From positions 19-64,018 of the forward strand of contig JAOTVU010000002.1 of the NCBI GenBank assembly GCA_029863385.1: a DNA stretch of 64,000 nt, read 5' to 3'. The position numbers and the translations under genes are program-made. Of the stretch, positions 27,241 to 37,073 are shown one piece after another. The notes beneath the pieces are model-generated. The model made no database searches. It saw only the letters and a program-made list of their open reading frames with translations, and had not been told where the DNA came from. Every line of letters begins with the position of its first letter. Position 1 is the first letter of the stretch. This DNA is from Acidimicrobiia bacterium. GTDB lineage: Bacteria > Actinomycetota > Acidimicrobiia > Acidimicrobiales > SZUA-35.

Positions 27241-28332
27241 ATGACCGCGCCCGCCCCCGACCTGCTCGACACGATGCCGCCGCCACCGCAGCGGTCCTTC
27301 GCCAGCGACAACGCCGCCGGGGCCCACCCGGCGGTCATGGATGCGGTGGTGGCGGCGAACGACGGTCATGCGCTGGCCTACGGTTCCGACGCTGCAACGG
27401 CCCGCTGTGAGGAGCTGTTCCGGGAGCTGTTCGACGCCGACGTCACCATCCGCCTCGCCTTCAACGGCACCGGAGCCAACATCGTGGCCCTGGCCACCAT
27501 GATGGCGTCGCGCCCAGGCCCCCACCAGGCGGTGATCTGTTCGGAGTGGGCCCACATCAACGTCGACGAGACGGGCGCTCCCGAACGCATCCTGGCCACG
27601 AAACTGATCGACCTGCCGAGCGCAGACGCCAAGCTCAGCCCGGAACAGATCCGCGAACAGGCTCATGTCCAGGGCGTCGTCCACCATGCCCAGCCCGGCA
27701 TCGTCAGCATCACCCAGCCCACGGAGCTCGGCACCCTGTACTCGGTCAAGGAGATTCGGGCGGTGTGCGACACAGCGCACGACATGGGGCTGCTGGTGCA
27801 CGTCGACGGTGCCCGTATCGCCAACGCCACCGCCGCGCTCGGCGGCACCCGGGAGGCGCTGCGGGCCATGACCATCGAGGCCGGTGTCGACGCCATCAGC
27901 TTCGGCGGAACCAAGATCGGTGCGCTGGGGGCGGAGGCCGTCGTCTTCCTCAACCCGACCGCCGCGACCGGCTCGGAGTTCATCCGCAAGCAGGTCACGC
28001 AGCTCGCGTCGAAGATGCGCTACCTGGCCGCCCAGTTCAACGCCCTGCTGGCCGACGACCTGTGGCTGCAGCTCGGTGTCCAGGCCAACGGTCTGGCCCG
28101 AACGCTCCACGCCCAGGTGGCGGGTCTGCCCGGTGTCGACGCCGGCCCCACCCCGGCCGTCAACAGCATCTTCCCCTGCCTGGCGCCCGAGCTGATCAAG
28201 CCGTTGCAGCAGTGGAGCTTCTTCTGGGACTGGGATCCGTCGATCAACCAGGTCCGCTGGATGACCGGCTGGGACACCACCCCGGACGACGTCGCCGCCT
28301 TCGCGGCCGGCGTCCGCCACCTCACCGGCTGA
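27241..28332 (+). CDS. threonine aldolase family (beta-eliminating lyase) PLP enzyme
   Basis: SFASDNAAGAHPAVMDAV...FNGTGANIVAL...DGARIANA...FGGTKIGA (PLP Lys). The track ORF starts at TTG 27232; ATG 27241 is preferred. Confidence 0.8.
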   Translation: MTAPAPDLLDTMPPPPQRSFASDNAAGAHPAVMDAVVAANDGHALAYGSDAATARCEELFRELFDADVTIRLAFNGTGANIVALATMMASRPGPHQAVICSEWAHINVDETGAPERILATKLIDLPSADAKLSPEQIREQAHVQGVVHHAQPGIVSITQPTELGTLYSVKEIRAVCDTAHDMGLLVHVDGARIANATAALGGTREALRAMTIEAGVDAISFGGTKIGALGAEAVVFLNPTAATGSEFIRKQVTQLASKMRYLAAQFNALLADDLWLQLGVQANGLARTLHAQVAGLPGVDAGPTPAVNSIFPCLAPELIKPLQQWSFFWDWDPSINQVRWMTGWDTTPDDVAAFAAGVRHLTG

Positions 28333-28433
28333 CTCTCCTGTCAGGCCGGATTCCGGCCGGCCCGGACGAGCCGTTGCGGCTCCACGTCCCGGGAGGGGGA
28401 CGCGGAGCCGCGGAAGCTTAGGCTGGGACGACT

Positions 28434-29240
28434 ATGGCAACCCTGGTTTGTTTCCACGCCCACCCCGATGACGAGGCCATTGCCACCGGTGGTCTGATGC
28501 TGAAGGCGTCACGGGCCGGGCACCGGGTTGTGCTGGTGTGCGCCACGAGGGGCGAGGTCGGTGAGCCGCAGGATGGAATCCTGGCCGACGGGGAGGCTCT
28601 GGCCGAACGTCGGGTCGTGGAGCTGGCCGAGGCCTGCAAGCTGTTGGGGGCCGACCCGCCCCGCTTTCTCGGCTATCACGACTCCGGCATGATGGGCGAG
28701 CCGACCAACGACAACCCCGAGTGCTTCTGGCAGGCCGATTTCGACGAGGCCGTCGACCGTCTGACCGCCATCCTCACCGAGGTCGAGGCCAACGTCGTCA
28801 CCATCTACGACGACAACGGCGGCTACGGTCACCCCGATCACATCCAGGTGCATCGGGTGGGCTTGGCCGCCGCCCGGGCGGTGGGCGTCGATCACATCTA
28901 CGAGGCCACGATCAACCGGACCCGAGCCATCGAGCAGATGCGGCAGGCGATCGAGTCCGGCGCGATCCCCGAGGAGGACGCCCGCGACTTCGAGGAGGAT
29001 CCCGACTTCGGTATGGAGGAACGGGACCTCAGTTACCTGCTCGACGTGAGCGACATGGCAGCCGAGAAGAAGGCGGCCATCGCCGTGCACCGCAGCCAGG
29101 TCAGTCCCGAGAGTTTCTTCCTCGCCATGCCCGACGAGGCCTTCGCCCAGTTCTTCGGTTTCGAGAGCTTCGCTCTGCCCGGTGTGCGCAACACCGGCGG
29201 ACCCGAGCAGGTCGCGATGCTGCCCGGCCTCGACGGCTGA
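28434..29240 (+). CDS. PIG-L (LmbE-like) family deacetylase
   Basis: FHAHPDDEAI motif and HPDH further on. Confidence 0.8.
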   Translation: MATLVCFHAHPDDEAIATGGLMLKASRAGHRVVLVCATRGEVGEPQDGILADGEALAERRVVELAEACKLLGADPPRFLGYHDSGMMGEPTNDNPECFWQADFDEAVDRLTAILTEVEANVVTIYDDNGGYGHPDHIQVHRVGLAAARAVGVDHIYEATINRTRAIEQMRQAIESGAIPEEDARDFEEDPDFGMEERDLSYLLDVSDMAAEKKAAIAVHRSQVSPESFFLAMPDEAFAQFFGFESFALPGVRNTGGPEQVAMLPGLDG

Positions 29241-29297
29241 TCGTCCCTGTTGCCGGAGCGGTTGCCTCAGGACGGCTTCCGCCCGGAAGCGGTTCGC

Positions 29298-29930
29298 TCA
29301 GGACGAAGGGGCGTCGGCGTAGCGAAGATAGGGCTTGAGTTCCTCGACGTTGTCGAACCGTTCACGGGCCTCGTCGGTCGTCATGGTGGGGGAGACGATG
29401 ACTCGATCACCGGGTCGCCAGTCGACCGGGGTGGAGATCGGATTGGCATCGGTCGCCTGCAGGGCGTCGACGACGCGCAGGATCTCGTCGAAATTGCGGC
29501 CAACCGACTTCGGATACGTGATGATTGTGCGGATCTTGTTCCGCGGGTCGATGAAGTAGACGGAGCGGACCGTCGACGTGTCGCCCTCGCCGGGATGGAT
29601 CATGTTGTAGAGCTCCGACACCCGATGGTCGGGATCGGCGATGATCGGGAAGGCCAGAGCGTGGCCCGTGACCTCGCCGATGTCGGGCGCCCAGGCACGG
29701 TGATCCTCCACCGGGTCCACCGATACGGCGATCATTTTCACCCCCCGTTTGGCGAACTCGTCATTGAGACCCGAGGCCCGTCCGAGTTCGGTGGTGCAGA
29801 CCGGGGTGAAGTCGGCGGGATGGCTGAAGAAGACCACCCACGAATCGCCCTTCCAATCGAGAAACCTGATCTCGCCGTCGGTCGTGTCGGCCGCGAAGTC
29901 CGGTGCGTCATCGCCAAGGCGCAGTGACAT
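29298..29930 (-). CDS. 1-Cys peroxiredoxin (Prx6-type)
   Basis: SHPADFTPVCTTEL peroxidatic Cys motif. 210 aa. Confidence 0.9.
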   Translation of the reverse strand: MSLRLGDDAPDFAADTTDGEIRFLDWKGDSWVVFFSHPADFTPVCTTELGRASGLNDEFAKRGVKMIAVSVDPVEDHRAWAPDIGEVTGHALAFPIIADPDHRVSELYNMIHPGEGDTSTVRSVYFIDPRNKIRTIITYPKSVGRNFDEILRVVDALQATDANPISTPVDWRPGDRVIVSPTMTTDEARERFDNVEELKPYLRYADAPSS

Positions 29931-30161
29931 GGCTGTCTCCTTGTTGTTTGTTGGCCCGATCGGTAAACCCTGGACAATCAGACGTTACGGTCACACTATT
30001 CAATCTCTTGTGCCGAGTCTACGGTCGTTGCCAGAGTCCTACGCGGCCAAGGACCGATGATGTCCCCCTCATTTCGGTTGCGTGCAACAAACGGGGGGAG
30101 ATGGTGGAGGCTCGTCGACGCCGGTCTGGTGCCGCACGATGGGATGTGTTACCAAAGGCGG

Positions 30162-31067
30162 ATGACCGATGGTGACGCGTCCTACCAGAACATCCTCTAC
30201 GAGGTGGACGACCCGGTGGCCGTGATCACCCTGAACCGGCCCGAGCACCTCAACGCGTGGACCGGCGCCATGGACGCCGAGGTGCGCGACGCCATGACCA
30301 GGGCCAACGGCGACCGGCGGGTGGTCGGCATCATCCTCACCGGCGCCGGGCGGGGTTTCTGCGCCGGGGCCGACATGAATGCGCTCGACGCACTCTCCTC
30401 CGGCGGCGGCGACATCGGTCGTGATGACTCCGGCCGGCAGCGGCGCGAACCGGGTGGACGATTCCCGCAGCGTAAGACGACGGCCGGCTCCACCGGTGAT
30501 TTCGACGGCAGGCTCACCTATCCGCTGGCCCTCGACAAACCGGTGATCGCCGCCGTCAACGGTGCTGTCGCCGGGATGGCCTACCCTTTGGCGCTGGCCT
30601 GCGACCTGCGGGTCGTCACCCCCGACGCACTGTTCGTGACCGCCTTCGCCCAGCGAGGGCTAATCGCCGAGTGGGGCCTCAGCTTCCTCCTGCCCCGTTT
30701 GGTCGGTCCGTCGGTGGCTCTCGATCTTCTGATGTCGTCGCGCCGTGTCGGCGGCGAGGAGGCGCTCCGGCTCGGTCTGGCCAACTACCTTGTCGAACCG
30801 GATGAGCTGCTCGACTTCTGCCGCCGGTACATCGAGGATCTGGCCGCCCGGTGTTCACCGTCGTCGATCGCGGTGATGAAGCGCCAGGTGCACGAGCAGT
30901 TCCACGCCGGCCTGGGCGATGCGGAACGGGAATCACAGAAACTGATGGTCGACAGCTTCCAGCGCCCGGACTTCGCCGAGGGCGTGCAGTCGTTCATCCG
31001 GAAACGGCCGCCCGAGTTCGCCCGCCTGCCGCTCGACGGTGATGGTGAGCAGGGCAACGTGTCATGA
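30162..31067 (+). CDS. enoyl-CoA hydratase/isomerase (crotonase) family protein
   Basis: Start at ATG 30162 after AAAGGCGG. VITLNRPEHLNAW...TGAGRGFCAGADM...AAVNGAVAGMAYPLALACDLRV. Contains a ~35-aa insertion after the oxyanion-hole motif. Confidence 0.85.
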   Translation: MTDGDASYQNILYEVDDPVAVITLNRPEHLNAWTGAMDAEVRDAMTRANGDRRVVGIILTGAGRGFCAGADMNALDALSSGGGDIGRDDSGRQRREPGGRFPQRKTTAGSTGDFDGRLTYPLALDKPVIAAVNGAVAGMAYPLALACDLRVVTPDALFVTAFAQRGLIAEWGLSFLLPRLVGPSVALDLLMSSRRVGGEEALRLGLANYLVEPDELLDFCRRYIEDLAARCSPSSIAVMKRQVHEQFHAGLGDAERESQKLMVDSFQRPDFAEGVQSFIRKRPPEFARLPLDGDGEQGNVS

Positions 31068-31489
31068 GCGCCATCGACGACGTGCTCGAACAGTGGCACC
31101 GCTACGTGGGAGGCGACCGCCGTGTCGACCTGGCCGACCTGATCCATCCCGACTGCGTCTTCCATTCGCCGGTCGTGTACACGCCCCAGGAGGGCCGGGC
31201 CATCACCGTCGCCTACCTGGAGGCCGCGGGGGCGGTGTTCGGCAGCGGTGAATCATCGGATGGGGGGTTCCGCTACCGGTCCCAGATCGTGGGCGGTGAC
31301 CAGGCGGTGCTGGAGTTCGAGTCGGAGCTCGACGGCATCTACATCAACGGCATCGACATGATCACCCTGGCCACCGACGGTGACCATGCCGGAACGATCA
31401 TCGAGTTCAAGGTGATGGTCCGGCCGCTGCAGGCGGTCAACAAACTCCATCAGCTCATGGCCTCCCAGCTCGAGTCGGACCGGAGCTGA
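31064..31489 (+). CDS. NTF2-like (SnoaL/DUF4440-type) small protein
   Basis: 141 aa. The pattern (LEQWHRYVGG...HPDCVFHSPVVYTPQEG) resembles SnoaL-like proteins. ATGA overlap with the upstream gene. Confidence 0.55.
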   Translation: MSAIDDVLEQWHRYVGGDRRVDLADLIHPDCVFHSPVVYTPQEGRAITVAYLEAAGAVFGSGESSDGGFRYRSQIVGGDQAVLEFESELDGIYINGIDMITLATDGDHAGTIIEFKVMVRPLQAVNKLHQLMASQLESDRS

Positions 31490-31492
31490 CCG

Positions 31493-32743
31493 ATGCGCAC
31501 GCTGATCACCAACGGCACCATGCTCGACGCCGGGTCGATGACCCTCGTCGGGGAACGGCACATCGTCTTGGAGGGTGATCGCATCGTCGACGTGAGCGAG
31601 GCCCGCCCTTCCGTGGACGTCGACGCCGTCATCGACGCCCGAGGCCGATTCGTGATGCCGGGGTTCGTCGACGCCCACGTCCATCACGTGATCACCTCGG
31701 TTGACTTCTCGAAGATGTTGCGGGCGAGTGCGGTGGAGCGTTCGCTGGCGATGGCCAAACTCGCCGGGGCGATGGTGAGGCGGGGGTTCACCACCGTGCG
31801 CGACGCCGCCGGCGACGTGAGCGGCCTGATCCGGGCCATCGATTCGGGTCTGTGTCTGGGCCCCCGCATCGCCACCGCCGGACGGTGCCTGTCACAAACC
31901 GGAGGGCATGGCGACATCACGCCCGCTGACCAGCGAAGCGGCGAGGGCATGTGCGCCTGTCACATCCACAGCAACGAGCTGAGTCACGTCGCCGACGGTC
32001 CCGATGCCGTGCGGCTGGCCGCCCGCCTCGAGCTGCGCGCCGGCAGCGACTTCATCAAGATCATGAGTTCGGGCGGAGTGGCGTCGCCGACCGATCCGTT
32101 CGACGCCGTCCAGTACACACCGGAGGAGATACGGGCGATCACCACCGAGACCGACCACCGCCACACCTACACCACCGCGCACGCCTATCAACCCGATGCG
32201 ATCTCCCAGGCCATCGAGAACGGTGTGCGCTGCATCGAGCACGGCAACCTCCTCGATGAGCCGACGGCCGTTCGCATGGCCGAGCTCGGGGTGACGATGG
32301 TGCCGACCCTCGTCACCTACCGGGTGATGCGGGAATCTGGCGCCAAGTTCGGCATGCCCGAACGCAACCTGGAGAAGAACCAGGGGGTGTTCGAGCACGG
32401 ACAGCACTCGATCGGTGTGGCCCGGGCCGCCGGGGTGCAGCTCGGGTTCGGCACCGATCTGCTCGGCGAACTCCAGACCGCACAGAACCAGGAGTTCGCC
32501 ATCCGGGCCGAACTGGAGCCGGCGGCCGACGTGTTGCGTTCGATGTACGACGTGAACGTTCGGCTCTGCCGGGCCGAGGGACACGTCGGACGCCTGGAGC
32601 CGGGCTACTCGGCCGACGTCGTGGTGTCGAATGTCGATCCACTCGCCAACCTGGCCGGATTGGCCGAGCCCGAGGCCGCACTGGCCGCCGTCGTCTGCCG
32701 CGGTGACATCGTGTTCGACAACACCGTCTTCGACCGCGTGTAG
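31493..32743 (+). CDS. amidohydrolase family metal-dependent hydrolase
   Basis: GFVDAHVHH metal-binding motif, later HAY and IEHG, and a C-terminal GTD. Confidence 0.8.
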   Translation: MRTLITNGTMLDAGSMTLVGERHIVLEGDRIVDVSEARPSVDVDAVIDARGRFVMPGFVDAHVHHVITSVDFSKMLRASAVERSLAMAKLAGAMVRRGFTTVRDAAGDVSGLIRAIDSGLCLGPRIATAGRCLSQTGGHGDITPADQRSGEGMCACHIHSNELSHVADGPDAVRLAARLELRAGSDFIKIMSSGGVASPTDPFDAVQYTPEEIRAITTETDHRHTYTTAHAYQPDAISQAIENGVRCIEHGNLLDEPTAVRMAELGVTMVPTLVTYRVMRESGAKFGMPERNLEKNQGVFEHGQHSIGVARAAGVQLGFGTDLLGELQTAQNQEFAIRAELEPAADVLRSMYDVNVRLCRAEGHVGRLEPGYSADVVVSNVDPLANLAGLAEPEAALAAVVCRGDIVFDNTVFDRV

Positions 32744-32746
32744 CCA

Positions 32747-33733
32747 GTGGCTGACCGGCCGCTCATCATCGACGGGTTGCAGTACGGCAACTGGTCGGAG
32801 GAGATCTTCGCCCAGATGCACACCGGTGGCGTCAGCGCCGTGCACGCCACCATCTGCTATCACGAGAACTTCCGGGAGACGGTGGCCAACATCGAGCGCT
32901 GGAACCGATGGTTCGAGCGCTACGCGCGCCACATCACGCCCGGCCGCACGGCCGCCGATGTTCGGCGCGCCCACGCCGAGGGTCGAACCGCCATCGTATT
33001 CGGCTTCCAGAACTGCTCGCCGATCGAGGATGACATCGGCCTGATCGAGATCGTCCATACGCTGGGCGCCCGGTTCATGCAGCTCTCCTACAACAACCAG
33101 AGTCTGCTGGCCACCGGCTGCTACGAGGCGGAGGATCCGGGCATCACCCGCTTCGGTCGTCAGGCCATCGCCGAGATGAACCGGGTCGGGCTGGTGATCG
33201 ACATGTCCCATTCAGCCGAACGGTCGACGCTGGAGGCCATCGAGCTGTCGGAGCGGCCGATCGCCATCACCCACGCCAACCCGGCGTCGTGGCACCCGGC
33301 CCGGCGCAACAAGTCCGACGACGTGCTGCGGGCGCTCGGCGAGTCGGGGGGCATGCTCGGCTTCAGCACCTACCCCCATCATCTGCGGGCCGGCGGGAAC
33401 TGCACGGTCGACGAGTTCTGCGCAATGATCGCCGATACGGCCGAACTGATGGGCATCGATCACATCGGGATCGGGTCGGATCTGTGCCAGAACCAGCCCG
33501 ACTCGGTGGTGGAGTGGATGCGGGTCGGCCGGTGGTCGAAGGAGGCCGACTACGGCGAGGGCTCGGCCGACAATCCCGGCTTCCCTCCCCAGCCGCCGTG
33601 GTTCGGCGACAACACCGACTTCGTGAATCTGATCGACGGCCTGACCGCCGCCGGGTTCGGTGCCGAGGAAACGGCCAAGGTGATGGGCGGCAACTGGCTC
33701 TCGTTCTTCGAGCGATCGTTCGGTCCGGTGTGA
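32747..33733 (+). CDS. membrane-dipeptidase (peptidase M19) family protein
   Basis: LIIDGLQYG..., NNQSLLATGC, GLVIDMSHS, ITHANP, IGIGSDL resemble the M19 renal-dipeptidase fold. GTG start. Confidence 0.8.
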   Translation: MADRPLIIDGLQYGNWSEEIFAQMHTGGVSAVHATICYHENFRETVANIERWNRWFERYARHITPGRTAADVRRAHAEGRTAIVFGFQNCSPIEDDIGLIEIVHTLGARFMQLSYNNQSLLATGCYEAEDPGITRFGRQAIAEMNRVGLVIDMSHSAERSTLEAIELSERPIAITHANPASWHPARRNKSDDVLRALGESGGMLGFSTYPHHLRAGGNCTVDEFCAMIADTAELMGIDHIGIGSDLCQNQPDSVVEWMRVGRWSKEADYGEGSADNPGFPPQPPWFGDNTDFVNLIDGLTAAGFGAEETAKVMGGNWLSFFERSFGPV

Positions 33734-35430
33734 CGCTGGTCGCGGTCCCTCTCCGTGCGCCGGAACAGGTGATGCGGCTGGAGCGGATGGGGTCGCGGTT
33801 TCAGACACGGTTGAGTTTCATGCGTTCGGTGCTGCGCCGCCTCGGCGGTGACGGGTGGACGATCGAGCGGACCCGCTGTGACTGGGACGACGACGGCTAC
33901 GGCACCGCCGTCTACGCCGCCCGAGGCCCGGAGCGGACCTACAGTCTGATCGCCTACTCGGCGCACCTCGATCCGGCCGACCGGTCGGATCGGGTCATCG
34001 CCGAACGGTGGGATGCCGCGTTCACGCTGTTCGACGGTGAGCCGGCCGACGACGACATCGCCCGCCTCGCCGCCAACGTGCCCCGGCAGGAGGCGGGACG
34101 CTGTTCCAGCCGGGAGCTGACCCTCAGTCGGGCCAACCGGAGCGTGCGGCTCTTCGACCATGTCGTCGAATCACTGGCCGCCGGGCGCCAACCGGACCGG
34201 GAGCTCGTCAACCGGATCGGCTATCTCATGCGGACCACCGCTGTGTACGGCAACGGTAAGTTCGGCCTGTCCGACCGGGACCGGGTGTGCCATCGGACGG
34301 AGCTGGCCGAGCCGTACCAGGCCGAGCTGCTCACCGTCTATCTGATCCGCTGCTTCACCCACGATCTCGTCGAGCACGTGGCTCGGCGCCGCAGCCCCGA
34401 CACGTTCGTGCCGTTGGAGCGCCCGATCCGGCGTCACCTCGGAATCGGCAACGCCACCGGTCTCGGCATGGCCCCGTTCCTCCACAACCATCCGATCCTG
34501 CTCAACAACTGGGTCGTGGCGCTCGAGTCGGCGTTGGCGGTGTGCCGATCCATCGACCGGGTCGACGCCGGCGACGTGGCTCGCTTCGCCGAGCTGGTGG
34601 CGGCCGCTCGCCGGTCGGTCGCCCAGTGGAACGTCGACGACGAACGGCAGATGACCAGGATCGTCGAGTTGCGGGCGGATCTGGCCCGGCTGGAACGGGC
34701 GGTGGCGGGAGCGGACGGCGTTAGCGGCCTGCTCGACAGTGAGACGGTCCGACCGTGGGACCGCCTGTACCGGTGGGCCGAGGAGCACCTGTCGATCGAG
34801 GGCCAGGAGATGGTCGTGGCCCTGATCATCGAGCTTCACGCCGAGGTCGTCGACCACCTGGCCCCGTCGATGGTGGCCGTCGAACCGCCACTTGTCGACC
34901 CGACGATGACGGTGGCCGACCTGCTCGACCTCGTCGAGGTTCGGTACCGGTGGGCCCTCGATCTCGACTTCGACGAACCCGCCACCAGCCATTACTTCTG
35001 GTACACCTCCGAGGAGAAGCTGGAACCGAGGCTGGGGGAGCGGCGTGGCGAACCCGGGGCCGACCTCGAGCATCCGCTTGCCGTGGCACGAGACGTCGGC
35101 CGGCTTTGCGCCACACTCGCCATGGCCGATCCGCAGATCACGATGGCCGAGTTCCTCCTGCGGCGACCGGAGCATCGCCACACCGTGCGCCGGGTGCAGA
35201 CCGCGGCCCTCCACCCCTACAGCGAGATCCGCGACAACCTGATCGGTCGGGACCTGATGGCGATCGACATGCTGCGCTTCAAACTGTCGGTGTTCGGAGC
35301 CACGAAGTTCGACCCAAAGTCGGACAAATGGACCCGTATCACGATGTATCAGGGAGCGCCGCTGCCCGACGAGCTCGGTGTGTCCGACAGCGACCGGTGG
35401 ATGCTGTTGCCCCACCTCGACGGAGCGTGA
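33730..35430 (+). CDS. hypothetical protein, no domain recognised (about 553-566 aa)
   Basis: The track ORF 33289..35430 overlaps the M19 gene out of frame. GTG 33730 overlaps the M19 stop (GTGA); the alternative start is ATG 33772. High GC3 throughout. Conserved-looking blocks: YGNGKFGLSDRD, HLGIGNATGLGMAPFLHNHPILLNNW. Confidence 0.6.
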   Translation: MTLVAVPLRAPEQVMRLERMGSRFQTRLSFMRSVLRRLGGDGWTIERTRCDWDDDGYGTAVYAARGPERTYSLIAYSAHLDPADRSDRVIAERWDAAFTLFDGEPADDDIARLAANVPRQEAGRCSSRELTLSRANRSVRLFDHVVESLAAGRQPDRELVNRIGYLMRTTAVYGNGKFGLSDRDRVCHRTELAEPYQAELLTVYLIRCFTHDLVEHVARRRSPDTFVPLERPIRRHLGIGNATGLGMAPFLHNHPILLNNWVVALESALAVCRSIDRVDAGDVARFAELVAAARRSVAQWNVDDERQMTRIVELRADLARLERAVAGADGVSGLLDSETVRPWDRLYRWAEEHLSIEGQEMVVALIIELHAEVVDHLAPSMVAVEPPLVDPTMTVADLLDLVEVRYRWALDLDFDEPATSHYFWYTSEEKLEPRLGERRGEPGADLEHPLAVARDVGRLCATLAMADPQITMAEFLLRRPEHRHTVRRVQTAALHPYSEIRDNLIGRDLMAIDMLRFKLSVFGATKFDPKSDKWTRITMYQGAPLPDELGVSDSDRWMLLPHLDGA

Positions 35431-35436
35431 TCCACG

Positions 35437-36180
35437 GTGATCATGTCCCTGAACGAGATCGCCGCCACGGCGGCCAAGGCGGTTCGGGGCCGTGGCCATC
35501 CCGAGGGCATCGCCGAGGAGATGGGCTTCGCTGTCCGCTGGTTGTGTGAGCGTGAGCTTCCCGGTGTTGCGATGCTCCTGTCGGCGCTCGACAAACGATC
35601 GATGGCGGAAGCTGCCGTGATCCCTGTCATCGATCGTGCCGACGGGGTGATTCGGCTCCGGTCCACCGGCGGCGATCCGCTGCCTGCGTTGCGGGTCGCC
35701 CCCTCCATGGCGGAACTGGCGGCGGTCGAACTGGATTGGACCGACGGGACATCTGCTGATGGCTCGTCGCCACGCTCACTCGAGGTCGACTCGCTGACCC
35801 ATCCGCTGCTGCTGGTCCCGTTCGTCGCTCGTCACGGTTCGAGTCGGTTGGCCGCCCGCTGGTCGACCCCGGACGGACCGGTGGCGATGGACCGGTCCGG
35901 TGACGGGTTGCGAATTCGGGCCGGGAGCGCCTCAGCACTGGGCGCAGGCGTCGGCCACGACGTGATCCTCGGAGTCGCTCCGGACGGCCGCAACGGCCCG
36001 CCGGATGTGATGACATCCGCCGAGCTGGAGGCGGCGTCGCAACGGTCTCTCACCAGCGGTTGCGCCGTCGACACCGCCGACTGGGATCGGCTCGCACGCT
36101 GGGCACGGCGAACCTACGTGCCCGTGAGCGAGGAGTCACGCTTGCGGGGCGCCGGGGCCGGTCTCACCGACAACGACTAA
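35437..36180 (+). CDS. DUF3726-like hypothetical protein
   Basis: SLNEIAATAAKAVRGRGHPEGIAEEMGFAVRWLCERELPG at the N-terminus and YVPVSEESRLRGAGAGLTDND at the C-terminus match my recollection of DUF3726 proteins. Start is GTG 35437 or ATG 35443. Confidence 0.5.
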   Translation: MIMSLNEIAATAAKAVRGRGHPEGIAEEMGFAVRWLCERELPGVAMLLSALDKRSMAEAAVIPVIDRADGVIRLRSTGGDPLPALRVAPSMAELAAVELDWTDGTSADGSSPRSLEVDSLTHPLLLVPFVARHGSSRLAARWSTPDGPVAMDRSGDGLRIRAGSASALGAGVGHDVILGVAPDGRNGPPDVMTSAELEAASQRSLTSGCAVDTADWDRLARWARRTYVPVSEESRLRGAGAGLTDND

Positions 36181-36335
36181 CCCATCCCTGGCAACTTTTC
36201 GGGGTTCTCGACCCACCCGTCGGGTCGACACCTCGCAGAAGCTGCTGCAAACGGGTCGTCGGCCCGGAAAAGTTCGCCTGGGTGGGTGGGGTTGTCGACG
36301 GTCTAGACCGGTACGATCCCAGTAGCATCGAGGCC

Positions 36336-36989
36336 ATGACCCAGCTCACCGCATCCGACGGCCATCAGCTCGACTCGTACGAGGTCCACCCCGACCGGGC
36401 CACCGCGGCGGTTGTCATCGTGCAGGAGATCTTCGGCGTCAACAGCCACGTCCGCTCCGTCGTCGACCGCTACGCCTCCTTCGGCTACCGCGCCATCGCC
36501 CCGGCGATGTTCGACCGGGTCGAGCGGGGCGTCGAACTCGACTACACCGCCGAGGGTGTCGAGCAGGGGCGGTCGCTGCGGCAGAAGCTGTCGTGGGACG
36601 ACTCGGTGCTCGACGTCGCCGCTGGGGTCGAGCACGTGTCCGGCACCGGCGCGGTGGCCGTCATCGGCTACTGCTACGGCGGCTCGATGGCCTGGCTGGC
36701 CGCGGCGTCGCTGCCGATCGCAGCGGCCGTCGGCTACTACGGCGGCCAGGTCATCGATTTCATCGACCGCACACCGCAGGTCCCGACGATGCTGCACTTC
36801 GGGGCGCTCGATCAGGCCATCCCCCTCGACGGCGTGCACACCGTGGCCGAACGCCACCCCGACGTGATCGTCCACGTCTACGACGACGCCGGTCACGGAT
36901 TCAACTGCGACGTGCGGGCCTCGTACCATGCCGACGCCGCGGCCCTGGCCGAGGAGCGGACCCGGGAGTTCCTCGCCCTCCACCTCTGA
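36336..36989 (+). CDS. dienelactone hydrolase family protein
   Basis: Start at ATG 36336 (MTQLTASDGHQLDSYEV...). VIVQEIFGVN, GYCYGG nucleophile motif, C-terminal GHGF. Confidence 0.85.
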   Translation: MTQLTASDGHQLDSYEVHPDRATAAVVIVQEIFGVNSHVRSVVDRYASFGYRAIAPAMFDRVERGVELDYTAEGVEQGRSLRQKLSWDDSVLDVAAGVEHVSGTGAVAVIGYCYGGSMAWLAAASLPIAAAVGYYGGQVIDFIDRTPQVPTMLHFGALDQAIPLDGVHTVAERHPDVIVHVYDDAGHGFNCDVRASYHADAAALAEERTREFLALHL

Positions 36990-37073
36990 CGCCCCCAATC
37001 GGTTCGGGCGGAAGCGCATTCCCCGGCGAGCGGCTGCGGGCGCCGTGCTATCGTCGGGCCCGGAGGTCGCCCC

